Source: Anthoceros angustus (taxonomy: Eukaryota; Plantae; Anthocerotophyta). From it: a stretch of 64,000 nucleotides of DNA. This document shows, piece by piece, positions 12,001 to 24,182 of the stretch. The translations under genes were made by a program, and so were the position numbers. Below the pieces are notes generated by a model that saw only the letters and a list, made by a program, of their open reading frames with translations, did not search any database and was not told the DNA's origin. The stretch is taken from positions 186,001-250,000 of the forward strand of contig MU008157.1 of the NCBI GenBank assembly GCA_010909165.1. The letters run 5' to 3'. Each line of letters opens with the position of its first letter. Position 1 is the first letter of the stretch.

Positions 12001-13206
12001 CTCCTCCTTACGTTGTTGCCGCAATAATGCTTGCTCCTCTTCCGATCGCCTCTCCATCTCCCATTTTTCCTTCTCCCACCGTAGTTTAGATTGACTTTCC
12101 TCCTAGAGAGCTCCATTTTCTCGAATCGATGACGCTTGCCTGCGATAGCGAAGACCAGTTAAGAGCACACTCTGGCAAACAAAACATTGCTTCTTGCATG
12201 TATTTGTTGGTAGCTGGTAGCGACTTACATTCAGCTTTCGTAATTGTAGCATCACGATAGGCAGCAGCAAAAGCATTTCTGGATGCCCCCACGCAAGGCC
12301 CAGCATCCAGCTTTGGACATGCCTTGCGCTCATCAGTAGGTGTTGTTCGCACACGCTTCTGTACAAATGGAGAAGCGGCAGTCTCAAAACGTTGTTTCTT
12401 CTTCCTGACATGGAAAGCCTCCCCACCATCAACGACTTCACTTGGCAGGGCACTGTCCTAATTTAAGTTCATCTCATGCCTAATATGGAAAGCCTCCCCA
12501 CCATCAGGGACTTCACTTGGGAAAGCATTGTCCTCATCTAAGTTCAAGTAATCTTGAGGTTGTGATTCACATTCTTCAGGAATTTGAGATTCATCGCCGC
12601 TTGACACCGTGAGTCTCCTTCGCTTAAACCAAGGGAGGTGTCGGGATCTTGAATACTTGCAAGAATCGAGGTAGGAATTCTCCAATTAAAGGAGCTTGCG
12701 CTGGCCTCCGCTGTCTCTGTACCACGCCTAGCTCAAATAATGGCTCCACATTGCTTTGGCTCCAAACAAAGAGTCCATGCGTTCAAACCAGCACACATGG
12801 TGTCCAATTTATGTGCAACAAGAAAATACCATTTTTCCGGTCCTCTACAAACACACCAAAACTGTCTTGTCCCTTGCCTCTCGCCTTCATGTACCTTGCC
12901 TTGTAAGTAGCAAATCTTTCCTTCATGCTTTTCGCACCAAGACATAAGTGCCCTCATCGCTTTGCTTACCACATCCGCCAAAGACATCAAGCCCTTCACG
13001 AATTGCGAGTGGCTCACCAACACTTGTCCGCCAGCACACCAAAGCACATGCGAATTGGGCGGATGCTCTAGCCAAGTGACAATACGCTCATAATCTTCTC
13101 TCTGCAAATTTGGTTTCTTCCCAACAGGAAGGTTACTTTTCTTCTTCCTTGAAGTGATAACGGCTATACACACGCTCTGAGGGCCTGGCACGCTTAATTC
13201 TGCCAT
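11900..13206 (-). mobile_element. Frameshifted second (Myb/SANT-like accessory) ORF of the Harbinger element, convergent with the transposase
   Basis: Broken ORFs KKPNLQREDYERIVTWLEHPP..., an acidic linker and a coiled-coil-like C-terminus. The convergent two-gene layout is typical of PIF/Harbinger. Probable right terminus ...GAAACCCCC|TAA at 13975. Confidence 0.6.
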
Positions 13207-13998
13207 TTGCAGGGAGAGCAGCAGCAGATTGTGCCGCCCCCGAGCACCAACACATGCAGCAGGAAGAGATGGCCGGTGTGCCGCCTCACGATGTGTATGC
13301 TACAAAGATCCCCTCAGTCAGTGTGACACCACTCACCCTAAACCCTACACCCACTGTAGCCTCGCTTTTGATCTCTCTCTTACAGCACCAACAGGCTTCA
13401 CAAGCCAACAAGACAATTCAGAATGCGCCCCGTGGACGGACAGTGAGGGCACCACCGTAGCGGGCGGTCCTGAAGTGGGGGCGAGGCAGAAAGGAGCTAG
13501 GGGAAGGAGGGAAGCGGGGGGAAGGAGGGACGTGTGGGCAAGAGCAACGGAACTGGGACATGAAATGGGAAGCAAGGGCAAGGAAACAATGGTACAAACA
13601 ACACGCCACAACCCGCCCCGATTTGACGGGAGTTAAGATTGAACAGATCGTGGTATTGCGAGGTTCATATGCGGGTAGGCAACCTCGAAATAGGCGGATA
13701 CTGTTGTCGAATAAGGCATGGTTGTTCTCCTTTGTTCATGACCACAACCGGACTTGGGTTTCGGGTTGAAGCGCGCTGTCGCCCCAAAGAACGGGATTGC
13801 GATTGCCGTCGGCAACGCCACCGATATCGTGAGCCGTCCGGTGATATACAAATCCGGTGCGACCACCTGGATATGATTTCGCGATATCAGCTCGCATTTC
13901 CTTACGAATACTCGTCGGATACATCTGGGTTCGTATTTCCATATCAGCTCCATTTTGCACAAGTTTGAAACCCCCTAATGTTTGGGTCTCGTGTTCGG

Positions 13999-14987
13999 TA
14001 TGGAATACCGATCTGGTCACTTGGCTTTGTGTGTGTGACTTTATTTTTTGAGATATACGCTACAGAAATATGTCACGGTATCTTTCAAATACTTGTATAC
14101 AATACACATATAATACGTATCATATCAGCTTCGGTAGGTTCATACGCGGGGCAAAAACTTTCTATGACACAATGTTAGCCTGGTGTTCCGATTGTGTCAT
14201 GCATATGTTTTCTTGTTTAGGGTTTTAGGGTTCCGATCACCACACATACATGTTAAATAGGTAGCCAAGACATTGTGCAAGGAGTACAGGAGCAGGGGAG
14301 AGGCACTGCCCGAGTACGTACAGTAGTGGACGCAGGCTGAAACCACGCCGTGGGCATGGACAGGGATCACCCTGCTGCATTATGTGGTCCAGCAAGCCCT
14401 TTGAACTTTTCCTATGGAAGCCCTTCTTGTGTTGGTCCTTATGGTACAACCTTTTTTTAGGGTACTTAGTGCTATGTGAAACTATACCCCCATAGGCAGA
14501 AGGAAACGTTGCAGTCCTATATGCAGTCAGTGCCAAACACTGCAGCCCTGCACGCAGCCAGTGCCAAACACTGCAGCTCTGCACGCAGCCAGTGCCAAAC
14601 ACTGCAGCCCTGCACGCAAGGGCAAACGCACTCAGCCGCGCCGCAAACACAAACGATGAGTGCAGCGCAAACGCAAATGTAAACGGTATGCCGCCCACAT
14701 ATGCCGCACACATACGCCGCCCAGATGCATGCTGCAATGGCACAAAAACGAAAATGACCCTAAACGCAATCCTAAACCCGAGAGAAAAAAAAGTTTGTGT
14801 ATCGTGAAAACTTTCTGTGCATCATCGGGGAGGTTGACGACATCGGTACATCGGGGGGCCGTAGCCCTGACCGATGTGGTCGTGCGTGACATACCGAAAT
14901 AGTTCCACCGTATGCGGCGGGACTATTTCTTTCTGTCCACAACCCTAAAAAAATGTGGATGCCGCGTGACCAAATCGGTATTCCATA
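13999..14987. mobile_element. Non-autonomous IS3EU-type DNA transposon (989 bp)
   Basis: 22-bp TIRs TATGGAATACCGATCTGGTCAC (13999-14020) and GTGACCAAATCGGTATTCCATA (14966-14987) with 1 mismatch. Perfect 6-bp TSD GTTCGG at 13993-13998 and 14988-14993. Internal about 31-bp tandem repeat at about 14522-14620. Confidence 0.9.
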
Positions 14988-16019
14988 GTTCGGATGTTGT
15001 CATCTAGGTTTTTTTCTAATGCTGAGGGTTTTTCTGACACACATTCACATGTTTATGTTGGCCTGGAACACACATGCACATGTTTTTTGCACATATCTCG
15101 CTCCCGCGCAAAGGCTCCGGATGTTCGCATGTTACATGTTCAAGAGTGTGTTTCCCCTATCATACATCTGGTCCGCATGCCAACCAACGAGGTGGCCAGC
15201 CAAGATGATGCCCGAGGCTGCAAACCGTGCAAAGGTCCCTCCCTCTCGCCGCTTCTTCTCCAATCAGATCGAACACGAGTGCTAGAAGAAAAGCAGTTCA
15301 CATCCGGAAGTAGATTTCAACAAATCTAATGAATTTGTGCTACACCTTAGACACATTCATATAAAGAGGATTGATTGTGAATAGCAGTGGCGTGTCCAAT
15401 GTAGTCATAGCCCACCTCTGCAGCCATCCACCCTCGAGGGGCGGTTGTCCATGGGGAGGTATGATCCCTTGTGGGCATGTTTGTTTGGCCATGAACGAAG
15501 GCCCTATGTGGCCATTATAGAAACAAACATAAGTGTGTGGCATATGCATTGGTATGAGAATCTCGCAATACAGTTGCAGTGCAGATGTGGCTGCACTTCA
15601 AACAATGAAGCAAGCATAACGACCAAAGGTAATTTGTAATGGCCGCAGGTGCTTGCAGCTACGGAAGCTGCTGTAGCTATTTTGTAGTCAATCATTGCAG
15701 CATGTGCAAACTTGCGCCCGCTAGTGCATGAACATGCTGCAAGGGGAAGGAGGTATGGGCTGCAAGGGGGAGGAGGGACGGACTGCAAGGAGGAGGAGGG
15801 ACAGGCTGCAAGAGGGAGAGTACGGGCTGCAAGGGGGAGAGGAAGGCCTACAGAGGAGAGGAGCCTTCCGGCACACGCGGCTGACACCGGAAGCGACGTA
15901 CAAAGTTGGCGGTGTAGCACTTGCAATCGGGGGGGCCATTGAAAGACTTGCCAATGGAGCTTGATTGCAGCTTGAGCATGGTGATGAGGCTCCTACATCA
16001 GCACCCAGTGCTGGCGCAA

Positions 16020-17160
16020 GGTGTATGGGAGGTTGTCCGTGGAGGAGGTGTGCACGGTGATTGCCACGCCCACGCCCATCATACAACATGGCGTGAACGT
16101 TGGAATACGATTTGTGCAGGCAATGCAATTCAATGAAATTGAAATCCCTAGGAGCCAGGTCATGGAGGTGCTACGTTTGATGCAGCCGGAGCACATGGCC
16201 CGTCGGTCGACAATCTGCATCCACCGCGTGCAGTACACCAATGCAACGCCCATGTCCATGTGGCATATGGATTGTAAGTGCCTGTAGCAGTCGGGGCAGT
16301 GTGTGGTGTTTGTAGGATCGCCTTGAGAGTGATTGCAGTAGTCGTGACTACATTGGGTGACGGGTGGATGTGGTTGCGTGGTGCGCACCTTATGACAAGA
16401 TGTATCAATTCTACTTTAGAGTCCATGGGGCCATAAATGGGGCAACCCATTATGTCCCATAGTTGGTACTGGAGGATAACAAGCAGGGCACGACAATTTT
16501 TAACGCCTATGTGGATGCAGTGAGGCAGTTTAGGCATCCGCAGCGGATTCGATCGGACTACGCAGCAGAGCACATCCTAATATAGGCAGATATGAACCGA
16601 GCAAGGCCAAGGGCACATGGAAGCAACTTCATCCGCGTCCTGTCGGTGCACAACCAGGCAAGAATTTGTTGCATGGTCTGTATTGCCCTTATCTGTGATT
16701 AAAGATGGTCAATGGAGTGAATGTAGCCTTACTGCAGGATTGAACATTTCTAGTGATCCTTGGGGGAGAATTGGACATTCCTGAACAAGGGGTACATGAT
16801 GGATATGGTATGTACGGCCCTTATCTGTGATAAAAGATGGTCAAGGGAGTGAATGTGGCCTTACTGCAGGATTAAACATTTCTAGTGATCCATGGGGGAG
16901 AATTGGACGTTCCTGAACAAGGGGTACATGATGGATATGGTGAGGAGCAGCGAACTGGATGTCACCAACCCATGGCACATCCATTCGCACCATGTCAGCT
17001 TCAGACAGGCACCGAGTGCAGAAGATCAAGGTTGGAGGCAAGTGTGAAAGAGGCACCAGGCGTGGAGATCAGGGCTGCCGACAAGGACATTCCCAGGCGT
17101 GTTGACGAAATACTCAAGGCTAGATGGGTGCTTGCAAAGATGCAAGGGCCAATGTTTTAA
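16020..17160 (+). pseudogene. Decayed, intron-containing integrase-core (IS3EU-like) transposase
   Basis: LRLMQPEHMARRS...PMSMWHMD followed by a GTAAGT donor, then 16469-16657 LEDNKQGTTIFNAYVDAVRQFRHPQRIRSDYAAEHILI*ADM...SVHNQ, then IEHF after a CAG acceptor. This fits the WHxD / PxRxRSD / SxHNQRIE pattern. There is an internal stop and a duplication of about 128 bp at about 16685-16940. Confidence 0.75.
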
Positions 17161-17856
17161 CAACCCTAAGAAAGAAAACCATGTATATCACACCCTAAAA
17201 GGATTCTAAACACACACATTAGTACACGGGGCGCAAGCCCCCCGTCCTATGTCGTTAGGTGTGTAACATAAGAAGTTTTCCCACCGCATTCTTATATCAC
17301 CCTTGGTTAAAAACGCCGGAAAACTTCTTATGTCACCCTCTGTATAAACCCTTCAGCAATCCATACATCATGCGTGAAATGCGCGATAGATCCACGTCCT
17401 CAGTCACATCCAGAAAGAATAGTACTATATGCTTTTATGCTGATGAATTAACCATTGCCCAGGCGGAAACCATGGCTTGCACAGCCAGATTCCGGTCTGA
17501 ACCGGCGTGCGATAGATAATTCTATGTAGCTAGCCATGTGTCAATACACAGAATACAATCTAGTAGTGTACATCCTCCACAGGAAAGACTGTCCGACAAA
17601 TTTTTTGGCTTCCCTTGAGCCTCCGAGAGAGCCGTAAACAGAAGCTTGAAAGAAAATAGGCCAAAGTTTACCATCACAGAATAAGGCCAGCTGAGAAGGA
17701 CGGCGTTTATGTACAAATCTCCTCGGTCAGCCTGCAAAAAACCCAATCCAGGTCTGCAAATCAACACAACAACTTCACCATCTGATAATCCGTGAAGGTG
17801 ACCAAATCAGCCGTGGAAACTGAACTCAAGGCACACCTGCATGTTGTTTGCATTCT

Positions 17857-20800
17857 TCACGCTTTCCCACTGTATTCGCCACGAATAAATGCAGCGAGCT
17901 CTATTGGTGCTACAACCCGGTTCAGCCACTCTTGAAGTGCTTCACCTTCCATTTTTTCCTCAGCTGCAATTTCCACAGCAACAAAATGTTGGTAACAGAT
18001 ATCAGAGTCGAACTTCAGGAGACGAATGGAAAATGGAGCTGTACCTTCTAGCTGAGCACCAAGGCCTTCCAGTACACTTGGGTTCGATTTGATTACAAGT
18101 AGGGCCATTGACATGGCTGCTTGGAGCAGTGATTTCACCTCCCGATGCACAATATTACCCATTTGTCCCTGCAGGACTCAGTGAAGGAACATCAGGATCG
18201 CTGTACACATTACAGAGGCGTCGGTGCTATCAGGCGGAAGGAGAACAGAAACGGATTGCAGACACCACCTTTGAGAAGAGAATTCGAGTGACTGTAATAC
18301 CTGATCTTTAGCCCATGGAAAGGATCCACCAGCCTCGTCCAGACCGCCCCCAGAAAGTGTGGCAATGGACATAGGACCAATATGAGGATTAAGACCATAT
18401 TCTGCAACAGCCTTGTAAGCAACATCAGTTGCCCTTTTGATATCATCTAGGGCACCTGTTGATACCCGGCCAGAGTAGACCACCTCCTCTGCTGCACGTC
18501 CACCCAACAGTGTCACCAACCGACCGCGCACTTCATCCACGAAAAGCAAACATCGGTCCTCAGTGCCCGGAGGGATGTAAGTGAATCCCAGCGCTCCCCC
18601 ACTTCTAGGCAGAATGCTAAGCTTCTGTGAAAGCAACATTGACCATGTAATCACAGAGATGGACCCTCTTCATGACTCGAAGGAGAGGCCATCAATACAT
18701 TTGCAAAGCTTCAACCAATCTCATACTTAGGACCAAGTTCTCAGCATACCTCCACTCGACTCTGTTCGGGAAGGAGATTGGCAACAGCCGTACCAACAAC
18801 AGCATGGCCAGCTTCATGCCGTGCTACAACTCCTTTCTCACTTCCATGTAACGTTGAACGTTTTTTTTCCACACCCTACATAATTGCAACCGAGCAATCA
18901 GGCACTTCAGGCAAATTTGGGGAGTCACAAAAAATCAAATGAACGTTTTGTAGAGACAAAAAAACACTTACTCCTATCGCCCGCTCAACAGCCCTAGCAA
19001 ACTCGTCCTTTCCAACTTGGATCTTACGGTCACGTCCTGCCAGTAGGGCTGCTTCATTCACCAAGTTAGCGAGATCAGCCCTGCACAAAGAAAAGTAGGT
19101 TTGGACATGTTAACTGTAGCAAATGTCACAAAAGCTCATCCAAGCCATAAAAGAAGATAATTCTTACCCTGTAAAGCCTGAAGTAGCAGAAGCAATAGAC
19201 TGAAGATTGACATCAGGGGCAAGCGGCAATTGCCTCTTGTTCACATGGACGCGCAATATCTCCTGCCGCCCTTGCCTATCAGGAGGCTCGACCTGCAAGA
19301 GAGCATAACAAATATTGAGGACAACTCTGTGAGAAGGCAAGCGCATAAGTAACATCTCAACTCGAGAATACTCAAACTGGATAAAATAGGTTGCATAGGA
19401 AGAACATGAGAGTCACAATAAATACCATCACAATACGGTCGAAACGACCAGGCCGCCTCAAAGCGGGGTCTAGAACATCTGCACGATTGGTGGCTCCAAG
19501 AACAATGACTGTTGAACTGCTTTCAAACCCATCCAACTCCTGCACAAGGCACCTTCATGTAGAAACATAAGCAAGGGTCCACGCAGATCCAACTCCTCAA
19601 TTTAACAAATGACACCAGACAAAATGAAAATAGAATACTCACTGTCAGCAATTGATTCAAGGTCTGCTCCCGCTCATCATTACCCATACCCCTCAAACGG
19701 GAATCCCGTCCCTTAGCAACTGCATCTATCTGCACATGCACCATAAAAGAACTCAGATTTGGAGCTCCGTGTGCTGGCAACAGAACTTCCAGATTACCAC
19801 TCTCTTCAAAATCTATTATTCTCAACCTCATCAATGAAGACAATGGAAGGCGCATCCTTCTTGGCCCTGGCAAACAAATCCCGGACACGAGAAGCTCCCA
19901 TCCCCACATAGAGCTCAACAAATTCGCTTGCTGAGCAGCTTATGAAGGGAACATCTGCTTCACCTGCCACTGCCTTTGCCAGCAGCGTTTTACCTGTCCC
20001 TGGAGGCCCAACCTGCAGAGAGCAACGAACTGCGTGTAAGTCAAACGCCATGAAAGGATTGGTTGTTAGCAAACAAAGGAGGGCCTCTTTACCAGAAGAA
20101 TTCCTCTAGGTGGCCTTGCACCCAGTTTCGAATACCGCTCTGGATTCTTCAAATACTCCTGAGAAGAAAACAGCGAACAGTAAACGACAAGCAGCCCACA
20201 TACCGCAGCCAACACAAGCTGCAGGGCGCAGCCTGACTAGGACATCAAGGGAAAAGTGACAGCCTGTCCGGTGAGCCATGGGAAGGGAGGAAACCTAAAA
20301 AAAACAGTAAGGACCAACGTACAACTATTTCTTCCAGCTCCTCCTTCGCTTCATCGACACCGGCAACGTCGGCAAACAAGACTGTGCCAGCACGATCCCG
20401 ATCCTTAGACCCTCCACCCGTGAGGCCTCCTCTCCCCTTTCGCATCCGACCAGTCGTCCGCTGCCACATCCACAGCTCTATCAGCATTTATCCACGCATT
20501 CCAGCCCAGCGTCTGTATGACTAAAAGCCACAGCAAGGCCTACCGTCGGGAGCCTGATCGGGATCCGTCCTAACAACCCAGCAATTAACCCTATGTACAG
20601 AATAGCGACCTGCATATTGCAAGGAGCACGGAAACGCATTAGGTCGAGAACCCACAAAGCCCAGATCCCATCCTGGTACCCGAGAGAGAAAACGAACAAA
20701 CAGAAGAGGCAACCAACCGAGACGGTATTGATGAGCCGCAGAGACCGCTTGTCGGGGGCAGCGAATTCCACCCCATTTTCCAGCATCTTGTCGTATGGAA

Positions 20801-21792
20801 TGGTAACATCCTGCGGTTTAGTAGTAGTATACACGACCCGCTTGGCGGGCGGGCTGGAGAGCGCATACTGCGCGAGAGTCACGACATCCCCCTGCCCCAA
20901 TTGCTGCCGCCCATCACCCTCCTGCAGCTCCCCCACCCCAACCCCAGCCCCAACCCCGGCAGCCCTGGCCCGGTCCTTGTCCGCCTGCGCTTGCGGCTGC
21001 GGCTTCAGGGAGTAGGTAAAGTGCACGCCGTCCACCTCCACCACCTCCACATCGTTCCTCTGCACCCGGTGCAGGAACTCGCTGAAGGACACGGTGACGT
21101 AGGTGTAGTCCGCGGCGGGGGCCGAGGAGTGCGCCCTGGCGGAAAAGGGCAGCGTCGGGCGCAGCATCCGCATGAGCAGAAACACGGCGCTGAGTTGCAG
21201 CAGCAAAGCGCCCACCTCGTGCACCTGCACATTCCCCTTCCCGCCCCACGCCCAGCTCCAATTCCAGTTCCATCTGGGCCGGCGCCACCAGCTCCGGGGC
21301 GGGTGGGCCGACCGGACGGGCTGGGCACGCCCTCGGCCGCGTCAGGCTCGGCCGCGGCGGGCGTGGTGGGCGTCGTCTCCAGCCCCGCTCCCGCCGCAGC
21401 CCTGGAACCCACATCCCGTCCCGGCCCCTGCTCGTCCTGCTGCCCTCGGCGCTGGCCCGCACCGCGCTGCACTGCTGCTGCTGCCGCGCGCGCCTCACCC
21501 TAAGCCCGTCGCAGAAGGGCGGGACGGGGACCGGCACCGCATTCCGGCTCCAGGCCGGGCCCCGGCGGCGGGCCTCCCAGGCCCAGGGCTCCGCGCGCTG
21601 CCGCTGCCGCTGCCGCTGCAGTTGCAGTTGCAGGGAGAAGGAGGAGAGGAGGCCCGGGAATTGGGCCGCGGCCTGGGCCGGGCCGGGGGAGCTGCAGCTC
21701 GCGGCGCATTGCTGGAGCAGGGTGCAGGCCGCGCAGGCGTCCGGGGCCGCCATGGCCAGCACCGTGCACTGCGTTACGCCGGCCCGCACCAT
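17857..21792 (-). CDS. FTSH7/9: ATP-dependent zinc metalloprotease FtsH, FtsH7/FtsH9 type, probably chloroplastic (multi-exon)
   Basis: [18 protein letters not shown], Walker A GPPGTGKT, Walker [23 protein letters not shown] at about 18803-18817 and LLGGRAAEE, with a transit-peptide-like N-terminus. Exon 1 needs two 1-bp frame corrections and the start codon (21792 or 21753) is uncertain. Confidence 0.93.
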
Positions 21793-22547
21793 GGGGACGC
21801 AATGCCGCAGCGCGGCTGGGATCCGCGACGCCGTGCGATGTGGGAGAAGCGATCCGCGATGCGGATGCGTGTGTGGATGTGATCCGATCCGAGCCCGAGC
21901 CCGAGTCCTGCCCCTGCCGCATCTGAATCTGGGATCGCAGGCAGGGCAGGAGGCGCCAAAGATATCACGCTTTCGTGGATGCGCCTTCGTAGCGTTGCGT
22001 ACTCCTGGCACCGGCTGGTCCACTGAGCGATGGCGTCGTCACCATCGACTCCTCCTAGTCACCACGCCCACTTGGACCTGGCTAATGTACCTTCTCCTTC
22101 ACGCCTATCCCATTTCCTTGCCCTAATACATACACACCCACGGGAACCACTTCTATCTTCCATTTTATTGAACACGTAGGAACGAGACATGGATAACGCC
22201 TATCCAAATTTACAATAACCTCAATGTTTTAGAAGTCTACTGACCTTTGTTCTAGATGCAGTAGAGTTCAAATCATCTATGCATTTAAGATTTACCAAAT
22301 TTTATGGCATTTAAAAAGGTTTATCACGCGCTTTGTTATTGTCCGCTTTCCCAAGCAATTGCAAACATGATGTCTCCACTCACATCATGAGATGCAACAT
22401 GTTGTTTGGCATAATAGCGGGTGGTTGTGAGGCTTCCATTCAAGGAAGGTCTTCGATATGAGATAAATCCTAGTAATTAAACTAGTATTGGTGGGAAGAC
22501 TTTGACCATGATGAAGGTGTGGAACATTTCTCTATAGAAATGCAACT

Positions 22548-23760
22548 TTGTCTAGATCCAGTTCTTACTTTAGAGTTTGTGGTGCATTTTCGAGTGCGTC
22601 ACCGCTGGGGATCTGGCTGCAACTTTGTCTAGATCTAGTCCTTACTTTAGAGTTTGCGGCGCACTTTCGAGTACGCTGTTGGGATGTGGCCAGGCGGCAG
22701 GCTTCCCTTCCTATCGCTTTTGGGGGCATCGGTATACTTGCCACGCAGGTCTCTGCGCTAGTGGCTTTTTTAGGGAGTTGGGCCCTCTCTGCCTCCATCC
22801 TGGCCTCCCAATTCTTACTTCGGGACTCGTGCATTTTGGAGGCATTCGTCTCGGGGGTTGAGGAGGGGGTATTTCCTCTGCATGCGTCCTTAAAGGGCAA
22901 CCAGGGGATCTCTATCCTCTGCGACTAGGGCCACCATGCCTCTTTTCTCCTCCCTCCGCAAGATTAGGATGCAGGGCTTCAAGAGTTGCTCCTGGAGAAG
23001 CATTATGGGCAAGTGCAGTTGGGCCTTCTTCGGGATTCCTCCATTTTCGGGCCCATTCGTGCTCGGCTTCGCTCTTGCTCAGAGAGGGGAGTAAGTCCGT
23101 AGCTTCTGGCTCGTCCTAGTATCCAGGGGTTCTACATCGCACTAGGAACCTTTTCTACCGCAATGCATTTTCGCTTGAGTCTGGTCCAACCTTTGGCCTA
23201 TTCTCTCTCTGCTTGCACCTGTGGGGCTTCCCTCGATGACCCTGGGGCCCATTGGGCTTGCTGTCCTGCTGGCAGGCAGCGCATTGCTACGCATGATGCC
23301 ATCCGGGACGTCATGTTTTCGGTGGCCAAGGAGGGTGGCTTTTTTTCCTATAGGGATCGTCCCTACACCTTGATCAATGGTGTGTCTCTTAAGACTGACC
23401 TTTTTTTGACCCGGGGATACCAGATTTTTGTCGCTGATGTAGTTATAACGGACCCCACCCGGAATAGTGTTTGTGAGCACGTTATCCTCAACCCCCCAAG
23501 TTGGGCGGTAGCAGGCTGAGCAATGGCCAAGGTCCACAAGTACTCTCCTATGTAGAATGACCACACTTTTATCCCACCCATCGAGACTGACGGGGCCATG
23601 GGTTAAGACTTCGCGAAGTTCCTCAAGGCCTATGCTAAGGCTTACCACGATCGTAGGAATGGGGTTGGTCTCCCCCTTTCTTGTATTGTATATTTCTTCA
23701 GGCAACGGGTGAACATCGCCCTGTAGAAGGCATTGGCGAATGCGGTGTACAGGACGGCTA
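22548..23760 (+). mobile_element. Decayed 3' part of an RLE-type (CRE-like) non-LTR retrotransposon
   Basis: ASLPIAFGGIGI (post-RT motif), zinc knuckle CTCGASLDDPGAHWACC..THDAIRD and endonuclease-like KTDLF...VADVVITDP, with stops and frameshifts. Confidence 0.8.
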
Positions 23761-24182
23761 CTAGCACAGGGGAGGCGGCTTCTTCGGAAGGCATTGGCGA
23801 ACGCGGTGTACAGGACGGCGACTAGCACAGGGGAGGCGGCTTCTTCCGAAGGCATTGGCGAACGCGGTGTACATGACTCGACTAGCATGTGGAGGCGGCT
23901 TCTTCAAGGCATAGGCGAACGCTGTAGAGGACTACGACTAGCACAGGGAGGTGGCTTCTTCGAAGGCATTGCGTGGCTGTGGATGGCGACTAGCATGGGA
24001 GGCTTCTTCGGAAGGCATTGGCGAACGCGTGTGGGGATGGCGACTAGCATGTGGGAGGCGGCTTCTAAGGCATTGCGGTGGCTGTGGATGGCGACTAGCA
24101 CAGGGGAGGCGGCTTCTTCGGAAGGCATTGGGGAACGCGGTGTACAGGATGGCGACTAGCATAGGGGAGGCGGCTTCTTCGG
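23726..24182. repeat. Minisatellite with about 61-bp unit (GAAGGCATTGGCGAACGCGGTGTACAGGACGGCGACTAGCACAGGGGAGGCGGCTTCTTCG)
   Basis: About 8 degenerate tandem copies, followed by a 39-bp duplication at about 24245-24322. Confidence 0.92.

Noticed and set aside
23726-24182. CRISPR-like appearance of regular repeats (also at 30550-30667 and 43200-43380)
   Set aside because: The units are head-to-tail with no unique spacers, there are no cas genes, and the context is eukaryotic.
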